Shown: positions 25,371 to 33,608 of the stretch, piece by piece
Numbering within the stretch: the stretch's first letter is position 1
Layout: every line of letters begins with the position of its first letter
NCBI GenBank assembly: GCA_023489405.1
Contig: JAMDCW010000139.1
Span: forward strand, 1-39,687
Source of the DNA: Chloroflexota bacterium
GTDB lineage: Bacteria > Chloroflexota > UBA4733
DNA length: 39,687 nt
Direction: 5' to 3'
The notes under the pieces: model-generated
Told to the model about the DNA's origin: nothing
The model's database searches: none
Seen by the model: only the letters and a program-made list of their open reading frames with translations
Translations under genes and position numbers: made by a program

Positions 25371-27811
25371 TAAGCAACAGAAAGCTTGGCATATTCCTTC
25401 ACACGCCGGTGCAATCCCCATAGCTTAAACCGCAGCACGCGCCATGCCTCCATAACCTCTAACCGATCAGCAGCGGTGAGCTTGCGAGGTGAGTAACGAC
25501 TCATCGTATAGAGGCGCGTGACCCGGCGGACCGATTCCGCGACCTCCGTCTCATCAAGATCGAATAGCAATGCCAAGCGGTGGCCGTACTCCAGAGGCGT
25601 CTCATCGGACCTCTTCCTCAAACCTCGCCGCCCTCCACTCCTCAACAGCCGGCTGTATACCAACTGTACATAGTCACCTGGAGAGAGCTCGTGCTCCCAT
25701 TGACGACGGATGCCCAAAGCCATCGCGGTGATGACCAAGAGAACAATCAGGCCTTCAATGGCACGGGCGAGGCTGGTGGTCAGAAATGACAGCGGGCGTG
25801 ACACAACGGACCGAGGCACTGATAGAGAAACGACAGCCCCACCCGAGGACACATTGGGGCGAATGATCTCGGGGTTTACGGGAGTTGGCTCAAAGTTGAG
25901 CCAACCATATGAGGGAAAGAACACCTGTACCCACGTATGGGCATCATTTTCTGAGATAACCCAGGCGGCCTTCTGGCGGTCATACGTTGTTGTGGCATAA
26001 CCGGTGGCGATACGAGCGGGAACCCCCACCTCGCGCAACATGACGACCATTGCGGAAGCGTAGTACTCGCAATAGCCACGCTTCGCATCGAAGAGGAAGT
26101 AATCCACTGCATCGTGGCCAGGAGGTGGAGGCACGATATTGGTCGAGTACGGAATTTTCCGCAACTGGGCCTCGATGTTCATCGCTTTGGTGTAAGGGTT
26201 TGTCGCGTTGCCCGCCCAAGTTTTCGCTAGCTGGGCTACTCTCGCAGGTACGTGGGGTATGGCGAGATAGGGGGCAATCCAGCTCGGATAGTGGGTGCTA
26301 TCCCGCTCTAGGTCTTGTGCGGTGACCTCCGGCTTGATACTCACGACAGTATACGTCTTCGTGCCAGCGGGCAATGTGAGCCGCTCAGGCCAACCACCGA
26401 TCTGGACGATACCGTAGGGATGGTCAGTAGCTACTGGCATGTTGTACGCATAGAGCAAGTTATTGGGATTTGACACGAGATCAATATGCTGGACGACCTT
26501 ACTGCCCGGCGGAGATGGCGACACGATCGGCACGCTGGCTGCCCGCTGTGATACGTTCCCCGGCCCTTTAGGAACGCCGAGATAGAGTGGCTTTCCATTC
26601 GGCTCCAGAGGCACACCCGTGCGCGAGGCGGTTGTCGCTGAGCCTAAACTCCATCCTGCACCGTTATAGGTAGCGTAGGTAGCTCCTACAAAATAATGTT
26701 CAGGCTCAACATAACCTGTATCTTCCAACTGATGCTCTGAAGGGTTCGGTGGTGGTGCTTCACCTGTTGCGGCATAGAACACGACCTTGTTATTGCCAAA
26801 GGAGATTGGTCCACCCAAACGGAGACTGAGTCCATTGTTGCCTCCTACCTGATGGCGAACACCTAAGAAGGCGTTACCTACGTTGTGTTCTAGTGCACTC
26901 CAGGGAGTGTTGAATACTTCCCAGAAACGTACTGCCACTGGGTTGTTCGGGAAAGCGGGAGCGGCAAAAGCAAGCCCACCAGCGATAGCAGTGAATAAGA
27001 GGCCAGTCGCAGCAAGCTCTCCACGCGCTGCTGACGGATAGTCGAGCCCATCAGCGCTCCACCGTTGCTGCAACCCCAAGATATGCACTCGGAGTGTCAG
27101 TAACAAGGCTGTTGCCAGAAAGAGATAGACCTCAGCATGACCACGGCCACCGAGCACAACGAGTGTCACGAGAACGGCGCCGACTGGCAGTTGCGCTACA
27201 AAGACGGCGAACCCTGAATACGCGGCCCAGCCGAGATAGAGTGTCGAGGTCCAGCAGAGTAACGTCAAAAGAAACAGAAAGACGCGATCATTGACCGCAG
27301 CTTCTCCGGCGCCTCCCAGGCGCCACCAGGAGGCAAGCTGATCGGCAAAGGTGCCGATCGCCGTAAGGCTAGATCGGACCATGTCGAATAGAGGGATCGT
27401 GCCAGCAGGTGCGGATGCTCCTCGGGATAGGAACCAGTGTCCGAGAACGGTAACGTCTGTGGTAAGACGAGAGAGCGTAGGAATCGCTCCACCCACAACG
27501 AGAAAGAGATAGACCCATCCTCCGATGACGGCAGCAAAGAACCAGCGATACCGCTTCGGGCGCAACATACCTGCTATCAGCCCTACCGCAAACCCACTCA
27601 ACGTTACGGGCCACAGGAGATCGGTTTGGTCAATCCAGTTGATAACGGTAATGGCCCACGGTACATACAAGCTCTCGACGATAAGGAGGAGCAGCACCAA
27701 CAGCCCGTAACGTGTCACAGATCCCGATAGTGTCCGAAGAGAGCTAGCTAGCCGGTCTATCCCTGTGACCTGCGGTTGCACTGGAAAAACTGTAGGAGAA
27801 GACGAGCGCAT
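25370..27811 (-). CDS. transglutaminase-like membrane protein (TgpA-like: N-terminal TM bundle, transglutaminase core, DUF4129-like tail)
   Basis: Multiple N-terminal TM helices. Catalytic core GYCEYYASAMVVMLR...NDAHTWVQVFFPSYGWLNFEPT (Cys-His-Asp/Glu type). ATG 27811 has GAGGGAG 8 nt upstream. Confidence 0.8.
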   Translation of the reverse strand: MRSSSPTVFPVQPQVTGIDRLASSLRTLSGSVTRYGLLVLLLLIVESLYVPWAITVINWIDQTDLLWPVTLSGFAVGLIAGMLRPKRYRWFFAAVIGGWVYLFLVVGGAIPTLSRLTTDVTVLGHWFLSRGASAPAGTIPLFDMVRSSLTAIGTFADQLASWWRLGGAGEAAVNDRVFLFLLTLLCWTSTLYLGWAAYSGFAVFVAQLPVGAVLVTLVVLGGRGHAEVYLFLATALLLTLRVHILGLQQRWSADGLDYPSAARGELAATGLLFTAIAGGLAFAAPAFPNNPVAVRFWEVFNTPWSALEHNVGNAFLGVRHQVGGNNGLSLRLGGPISFGNNKVVFYAATGEAPPPNPSEHQLEDTGYVEPEHYFVGATYATYNGAGWSLGSATTASRTGVPLEPNGKPLYLGVPKGPGNVSQRAASVPIVSPSPPGSKVVQHIDLVSNPNNLLYAYNMPVATDHPYGIVQIGGWPERLTLPAGTKTYTVVSIKPEVTAQDLERDSTHYPSWIAPYLAIPHVPARVAQLAKTWAGNATNPYTKAMNIEAQLRKIPYSTNIVPPPPGHDAVDYFLFDAKRGYCEYYASAMVVMLREVGVPARIATGYATTTYDRQKAAWVISENDAHTWVQVFFPSYGWLNFEPTPVNPEIIRPNVSSGGAVVSLSVPRSVVSRPLSFLTTSLARAIEGLIVLLVITAMALGIRRQWEHELSPGDYVQLVYSRLLRSGGRRGLRKRSDETPLEYGHRLALLFDLDETEVAESVRRVTRLYTMSRYSPRKLTAADRLEVMEAWRVLRFKLWGLHRRVKEYAKLSVA

Positions 27812-27885
27812 CAAGGAGCTCCCTCGTCGTCACTAGGCTGTGGCCGCCATGGGGCAAATCATATGTCACCTGTCACTTCTTCCCG

Positions 27886-27894
27886 AGTATAGCA
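27886..27894 (-). promoter_or_regulatory. candidate extended -10 promoter (TGCTATACT) for the transglutaminase-like gene
   Basis: Third copy of GAGTATAGCA, ~75 nt upstream of ATG 27811. Confidence 0.4.
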
Positions 27895-27979
27895 CTGCGA
27901 TACCTACGCTCTTCTCGCCATGATCATTCTGTCATCAGCTTCTTGATGAGCTTTTGATATCCGCCTCACAGATCGGGAG

Positions 27980-28627
27980 TCACGCGTTGAGCTTGCGCAG
28001 GAAGTCTCGGGCGACCATTTCGGGATCAGCAGCAGTGGTAAGGGCACTGATTACAGCGACGCCATCCGCCCCAGCGCGAATGACCTCAGCAGCGGTAGCG
28101 GGGGTGATACCGCCGATCGCGCATAACGGGCCGGAAAATCGCACTCGGATAAGCCGGATACGCTCGAGGCCTACTGCGGCTCCTGCATCATCTTTAGAAG
28201 CCGTTGTATAAATCGGTCCCACGGAGAGGTACGATGCGCCGAGGCTTTCTGCAACCAATGCTTCCTCCACCGATGCCACGGAAACGCCAACGATGGCATC
28301 CGGCCCTACCACCCGCCGTACTGCATCCGGAGGTAAATCCTCAAGGCCGATATGCCCTACATGCACTCCTGCCGCTCCTGCCGCTCTGGCAATATCAGCG
28401 CGATCATTCACGATCAGTGGTACGTTGAACTCTTTCGAGATCTCTAGCAGTTGACAAGTCAAGGTATACAAGGCGAAGTCTGAGAGACCCTCACCACGTA
28501 CCTGAAGTAGCGTAGCACCACATCGGGCCACCGCTCTAGCGACATCGAGTGGAGAAGCATTGGTATAGCGTGGATCAATGATGGCATAGAGTCGTAAAAG
28601 CGCGCGATCGAAGCGGATCTCCTTCAC
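27980..28627 (-). CDS. thiE: thiamine-phosphate synthase
   Basis: Reads LRLYAIIDP...LLQVR...LIVNDRADIA...GVHVG, typical of ThiE. GTG 28627 overlaps the thiD TGA (GTGA). Confidence 0.88.
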   Translation of the reverse strand: MKEIRFDRALLRLYAIIDPRYTNASPLDVARAVARCGATLLQVRGEGLSDFALYTLTCQLLEISKEFNVPLIVNDRADIARAAGAAGVHVGHIGLEDLPPDAVRRVVGPDAIVGVSVASVEEALVAESLGASYLSVGPIYTTASKDDAGAAVGLERIRLIRVRFSGPLCAIGGITPATAAEVIRAGADGVAVISALTTAADPEMVARDFLRKLNA

Positions 28628-29433
28628 CGGACACCTCCCAACTCGACGCGCCACCCGTGGTGGAGGGGGCCGTGCCCCTGGCCAAGGGGTGGCGCGTGCC
28701 GTAGAGCGCCTGTGAGGTAATCCTTCGCCTGCCGCACTGACGCCGTGATGGCTTCACCCCGAGCGAGGTAACTCGCAATTGCTGCGCTAAACGTACACCC
28801 CGTTCCATGGGTATTCGGGGTATCGACCCTGGAAGCCCGAAACCACTCGGCCCGTCCATCGTGCCAAAGCACGTCATCGGCGCTGTCGGGGCGATGACCT
28901 CCTTTCACCACTGCAGCACGCGCACCGAGCGTGACAATGCTGTGAGCTGCTTCCTCTTGATCGTCTGGCGTCTTGATCAGGCCACCTATGAGGCTTTCTG
29001 CTTCCGGAATATTGGGGGTAATGATCGTAGCGAGAGGAAGAAGCTCATCGATCAACGCTTGCACTGCATCGGGCTGCAACAGAACATCTCCGCTCTTCGC
29101 CATCAGCACCGGATCAAGCACTACAGGTGAGAGGTGGTAGCGGCGCAGCCGTTCGGCCACCAGTCTCACGATCGCCGCAGAAGATAGCATGCCGATTTTC
29201 ACACAATCTGGTCGAAGATCTTCGACCACTGCATCAATCTGGGCGGCGATCATGTCGAGTGGCAACTCGTGAATGGCCTTCACTGCCTGAGTGTTCTGGG
29301 CGGTAATTGCGGTAATCGCACTCGTGCCAAAGACACCAAGCGCCAAAAACGTCTTCAAGTCGGCCTGGATCCCCGCACCGCCCCCCGAATCCGATCCGGC
29401 AATGGTCAATGCGACATGCACCGTCTGCGCCAC
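28624..29433 (-). CDS. thiD: hydroxymethylpyrimidine/phosphomethylpyrimidine kinase
   Basis: Reads [22 protein letters not shown] and ...[15 protein letters not shown] start at 29433. Confidence 0.9.
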   Translation of the reverse strand: MAQTVHVALTIAGSDSGGGAGIQADLKTFLALGVFGTSAITAITAQNTQAVKAIHELPLDMIAAQIDAVVEDLRPDCVKIGMLSSAAIVRLVAERLRRYHLSPVVLDPVLMAKSGDVLLQPDAVQALIDELLPLATIITPNIPEAESLIGGLIKTPDDQEEAAHSIVTLGARAAVVKGGHRPDSADDVLWHDGRAEWFRASRVDTPNTHGTGCTFSAAIASYLARGEAITASVRQAKDYLTGALRHAPPLGQGHGPLHHGWRVELGGVR

Positions 29434-29486
29434 CTTTCATCTTCACGCACCACAGCATCTCCGGTCGTTATGGTAGGCTACGGGCG

Positions 29487-30488
29487 ATGAGCAGCCCGCT
29501 ATCCTCTCCCCCCGCGCTACACTCCACTCCTGACTGGCTGAGCCTTGTACGAGAACGTTGCGCTCACGTCGCTCAAGCCGCTCACGACGTCCAGATCAAC
29601 GAGCACCGCCTGGTCACCTTCGCTTCAGCGCTGCCCGTCAGGACAGCCGGATCGCAAAGCCTCGATTGGCGCTACCACTTTCGAGGCACGCCGGAACAGA
29701 TGGTCTCATTCTTTGTCGCGTTAGACACGGTCAACTTCGGCTCGGGTTATTTTCCATTCCTCGAAAAGCTCCCTGGCCTCAGCGGTTATTGTACTATCGC
29801 TACCCACCTTACGCACTTTTGCTACCACCAGGGTGTTCCTGATGCTCGCTGGCTGCGGTCTGTCGCGCCTCAGCAATGTGCTGCGCTCTTTCACCAAACG
29901 GCTGACGATGGACCAATCTGGGAGCTCATGACATTCTTCGCGCACGCTTGGAATCAGCTTGGAGAGCTTCTCGAAGAGTGTTATGAGGGCAATCCCGCTC
30001 TTCTCATAGCTGCTAGCGAGCAAAAGGCGCAACGGCTCATCGCTCTATTGTTTCAGCTCCCATTCTATCGCGATATCGCTCTGTATCACGGTCTTGAGGT
30101 CCCCTTCCTCAAGCGCGCTCAGCTTCTCGCTGCCGACCTGAGTCTGGCATTAGCAGATCATCCTTTAGGTGTGTTTTCAGATATCGACCAGCTCACTATT
30201 TTTGCAGACAATCTCGTTCCCCATGTTCTCCGCTGCGAGGGGATTCTCGAATATTCGCAGTCACTCGCCACGCTCATCGACCACGGAGGGCTCTTGCCGG
30301 CAGGGAGTACGCAAGAAGTAGAGATTCGCGCCGCTGCGGTGCATGCTGTCGAAAGGATTTCTTTCCTTTTACGCAAACGGGGCATTGAGCTGACGTCTCA
30401 TCAGCTCGACCATTTTCTCTGGACGCAAGGGCAATCACCGTACTTCAAGAGCCGGCCACGGCATCGAACACGGAGTGTTTTTTACTGA
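29487..30488 (+). CDS. queuosine salvage protein, DUF2419/Qng1 family
   Basis: Collinear matches to my recollection of human QNG1 (C9orf64): [71 protein letters not shown] at the C-terminus. ATG 29487 is preferred to track start 29409. Confidence 0.75.
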   Translation: MSSPLSSPPALHSTPDWLSLVRERCAHVAQAAHDVQINEHRLVTFASALPVRTAGSQSLDWRYHFRGTPEQMVSFFVALDTVNFGSGYFPFLEKLPGLSGYCTIATHLTHFCYHQGVPDARWLRSVAPQQCAALFHQTADDGPIWELMTFFAHAWNQLGELLEECYEGNPALLIAASEQKAQRLIALLFQLPFYRDIALYHGLEVPFLKRAQLLAADLSLALADHPLGVFSDIDQLTIFADNLVPHVLRCEGILEYSQSLATLIDHGGLLPAGSTQEVEIRAAAVHAVERISFLLRKRGIELTSHQLDHFLWTQGQSPYFKSRPRHRTRSVFY

Positions 30489-31228
30489 TGTCGTCACGAT
30501 CATCGGAAAGAGGTACACCTCCTGATCAATCATCATCGGAGTGCCCACCAGGGATCTACCTTGTAGCAACTCCGATTGGCAATCTCAACGACATAACGCT
30601 CCGCGCACTCGACGTGTTGCGCAGCGTGCACGTCGTTGCGGCTGAAGATACACGCAAAACGAGGATTCTTCTCCGACATTTCAACTTGACGAAGCGTGTC
30701 ATCTCCTTTCATGCCTATAACGAACAACGAGCGGTGGAGGGAATTATCAACCTGGTCCGTACCGGCCAGGCAGTGGCAATAGTCACTGACGCCGGGACGC
30801 CTGGCATCGCCGACCCGGGGTACAGTATCGTGCGCGCTGCCCAGGCGGCTGCCCTTCCCGTCACGCTCATCCCCGGGCCGACGGCCTTTGTTGCGGCGCT
30901 GGTACTCTCTGGCCTACCCTCGCACAGCTTCATCTTTCGCGGTTTTCCACCGCACCGTCCAGGCCAGCGCCGCCGCTTCCTCGCGGATGATGCTCAGCAA
31001 CCTCATACGTTGATCTACTACGAGAGTCCTCATCGCTTGCACGCATTCCTCCACGACGCTCTGGCAATGTTCGGCGATCGCCAAGCTGCTATTGCCAGCG
31101 AGCTCACGAAATACTATGAACGTATCCAGCGCGGCTCGCTCTCCGAGCTGAGCCAGCGCAGCGCCGAGAGCGAGCTACGAGGTGAATTCACGATTATCAT
31201 CACAGGGGGGCCTCGCGATGGAACATGA
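30488..31228 (+). CDS. rsmI: 16S rRNA (cytidine1402-2'-O)-methyltransferase
   Basis: Reads [35 protein letters not shown]. The ATG overlaps the preceding TGA (TGATG). Confidence 0.9.
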   Translation: MSSRSSERGTPPDQSSSECPPGIYLVATPIGNLNDITLRALDVLRSVHVVAAEDTRKTRILLRHFNLTKRVISFHAYNEQRAVEGIINLVRTGQAVAIVTDAGTPGIADPGYSIVRAAQAAALPVTLIPGPTAFVAALVLSGLPSHSFIFRGFPPHRPGQRRRFLADDAQQPHTLIYYESPHRLHAFLHDALAMFGDRQAAIASELTKYYERIQRGSLSELSQRSAESELRGEFTIIITGGPRDGT

Positions 31229-31394
31229 CATGAACATCATCAGGTGCTCTCTCCGTACATGACGATAGCAAAGGACGAAACGCTGAGAGAACAAATGGCC
31301 GTTGATACAAGACAGCCAGGCAAGGCGTCAATTCCAAAAGTTACTGTCGCGCCGGCGCACGCTGGGTACACTAGGCGACAGCGAGGGAGCTTAG

Positions 31395-32933
31395 ATGCAT
31401 CTCAGTGAACTGCTTGAAAGGCTACCAGGGGGCACAGTTCTCTGGTCGTCGTTGCTACAGTTCAGCGATCCTGTTATCAGTGGAATCTCTTATGACACAC
31501 GCAAACTGCATCCTGGCGATCTCTTCGTAGCAGTGCGCGAAGCTCACGGAGACGGCCACGCTTTTCTCCAGAGGGCGGTGGAACTCGGCGCCAGCGCACT
31601 CGTCGTTGAACGTCCTCCTACAGAACAGCCGCCGTGTCCCGTTGTGCTCGTGGAAAACTCTAAGCGAGTGCTGGCGTACCTCAGCGCAGCCTTTTTCAAC
31701 CAACCAGGATTCCACTTAAGGCTCGTGGGGGTTACCGGAACAGATGGGAAAACCACCACCACGGAACTGACTGCTCAGCTCCTGCGACAAGGCGGGATAG
31801 CCGCAGGGTTCATGACAACGGTGGCACTAGACTTTGGCAGAGAACGCCTCGATAACACGACACGGCAAACAACGCTGGAATCACCAGACATTCAGGCCGG
31901 CCTTGCGAAAATGCTCGCGAATGGCTGTCGGGTCGCAGCTCTAGAGGCAACGTCTCATGCACTGGCACTGCATCGCTTAGAATCCTGCCCTTTCGATACG
32001 GCAATCGTCACGAATGTGACCCATGAGCACCTTGACTTCCATGGCACTTGGGATAACTACGTCATGGCAAAAGCGCATTTGCTGGAGCTGGTAGCCACCT
32101 TTGCCCAATCAAAGCCAGGAGCCAAAACGATACTACTCAATAAAGATGACCAGCGGAGCTATGAGCGTCTGAAAAGCCATGGGCCTATCCCCCACCTCAC
32201 GTATGGACTACTATCGGGAACCGACCTCCGAGCAACGGACATTCTGGCAGATCATCAAGGCTTGCGGTTCACCATGCACACGCCGTGGGGAACAGCCCGG
32301 ATAGCAACGCCGCTCGCCGGCGAGTTCAACGTCTACAACTGCCTTGCTGCGGCGGGAGCTGCGCTTATCGAAGGGGTAACGCTTGGCAGCATCATCGAGA
32401 CCCTTCACCAGGCACAACCGGTTCCCGGCCGTATGGAACGCATCGACGAAGGACAACCCTTTACCGTCATCGTCGATTATGCACATACTGCCGACAGCAT
32501 CCAGAAAGTACTGACCATTCTACGCCGTCAAACCTCTGGCACTCTATGGGCAGTATTCGGCTCTGCGGGAGAACGAGATCGCGAAAAGCGCCCGGCCATG
32601 GGGACTATAGCAGCCCAGCTCTGTGATCACTTCGTTCTCACCAATGAAGATCCGCGCCGGGAGGATCCGGAGCGCATACTCGATGAGATTGCCATGGGGG
32701 CAGAGCGCGCTGGACGCCAACGCAACCGGGACTTTTTCTGCATCGCCGATCGACGTGCGGCGATTGCTTTCGCCTTTGAGCACTGTCGCTCTGGCGACAC
32801 GGTATTACTGGCTGGGAAAGGACACGAACAGTGTATTCTCGTCGGAGACGACAGGCTGCCCTGGGACGACCGTATCGTCGCACGCGAACTGCTGCATGGA
32901 CTCGCTCCTCAGGAGACGGCTCCGCGACGGTAG
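31395..32933 (+). CDS. murE: UDP-N-acetylmuramoyl-L-alanyl-D-glutamate--diamino acid ligase
   Basis: Has GVTGTDGKTTT and a Mur ligase middle and C-terminal layout. The DNPR-equivalent position reads EDPR. GAGGGAG lies upstream of the ATG. Confidence 0.9.
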   Translation: MHLSELLERLPGGTVLWSSLLQFSDPVISGISYDTRKLHPGDLFVAVREAHGDGHAFLQRAVELGASALVVERPPTEQPPCPVVLVENSKRVLAYLSAAFFNQPGFHLRLVGVTGTDGKTTTTELTAQLLRQGGIAAGFMTTVALDFGRERLDNTTRQTTLESPDIQAGLAKMLANGCRVAALEATSHALALHRLESCPFDTAIVTNVTHEHLDFHGTWDNYVMAKAHLLELVATFAQSKPGAKTILLNKDDQRSYERLKSHGPIPHLTYGLLSGTDLRATDILADHQGLRFTMHTPWGTARIATPLAGEFNVYNCLAAAGAALIEGVTLGSIIETLHQAQPVPGRMERIDEGQPFTVIVDYAHTADSIQKVLTILRRQTSGTLWAVFGSAGERDREKRPAMGTIAAQLCDHFVLTNEDPRREDPERILDEIAMGAERAGRQRNRDFFCIADRRAAIAFAFEHCRSGDTVLLAGKGHEQCILVGDDRLPWDDRIVARELLHGLAPQETAPRR

Positions 32934-32983
32934 AGCCTACCCAGAGCATCCAGGAGCTTGGCCGTTATACTGGCTCTATCATT

Positions 32984-33595
32984 TTGCGCGGCTTAAAACA
33001 GCATCCACCCTCTCCTTTTGGTCCACTACTCATCATCCTCAGTGGATGTCCGGGCTCCGGCAAATCACACCTCGCTCGGGCTCTCAGCAGGGATCTCAAG
33101 GCGTGGGTCATTTCATCCGATCGCGTCCGCACGTTGCTCTTCGCTAAACCTCGATATACACCTAAAGAACATAGCGCTGTCCACGCTACGTGTCACTACC
33201 TGACTCGCTTAGCACTCCAACACCACCAGCTCGTGATCGCTGATGCAACGAATCTCCGGAGGTCTGATCGTGAACCCTACATACGAGACGCAGAGAGCCT
33301 CAACGCGCATATTTTGATTGTCGCCGTCGATACCGAAGAACCGGTGATTCTAGAACGCCTCCAGCGCCGTTCTCGGCTCCTGGTTATCGACGGCTCAGAA
33401 GCCGGTGAGTCCGTATACCACCAGATGCATTATCGCACAACGCCTATTCGCGAACCGCATATCAGAGTCCGCGGAGATGAAGATGTCAAACAAGCCATTG
33501 CACATATCCGCCAAGCCATTGGCCACTCAACTGCTCTCGCTCAGCAGGAAGGTATTACGCTATCTCCGCGGTTCGTATCCACCCAATCCGCCTAG
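32984..33595 (+). CDS. P-loop NTPase / predicted kinase (AAA_33-like)
   Basis: Has Walker A LSGCPGSGKSHLARAL and Walker B-like LVIADATN. The start is uncertain: TTG 32984 has no SD, while GTG 32831 has GAAAGGA upstream but overlaps murE by 103 nt. Confidence 0.55.
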   Translation: MRGLKQHPPSPFGPLLIILSGCPGSGKSHLARALSRDLKAWVISSDRVRTLLFAKPRYTPKEHSAVHATCHYLTRLALQHHQLVIADATNLRRSDREPYIRDAESLNAHILIVAVDTEEPVILERLQRRSRLLVIDGSEAGESVYHQMHYRTTPIREPHIRVRGDEDVKQAIAHIRQAIGHSTALAQQEGITLSPRFVSTQSA

Positions 33596-33608
33596 CTGCT
33601 AACATCTC

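Noticed and set aside
25058-25421. Track ORFs 25058-25267 (+), 25100-25351 (-) and 25230-25421 (-) inside repeat copy B. Also 27-29-aa plus-strand mini-ORFs that start at the conserved GAGATGA block in both copies
   Set aside because: The two copies are conserved at the nucleotide level but fall into different frames after indels (MTTWVANRC... versus MKTGMRYVP...). The conservation is therefore not protein-coding.
29434-29486. TPP riboswitch upstream of thiD-thiE
   Set aside because: The divergent gap is only 53 nt, and there is no CUGAGA...ACCUGAUCUGGAUAAUGCCAGCG-like sequence.
32650-32670. MurE specificity motif reading EDPR instead of DNPR, as a hint of a non-DAP (e.g. ornithine or lysine) peptidoglycan
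   Set aside because: The Arg that contacts DAP is retained, and the Asn to Asp change alone is not diagnostic. I cannot infer the substrate from this.
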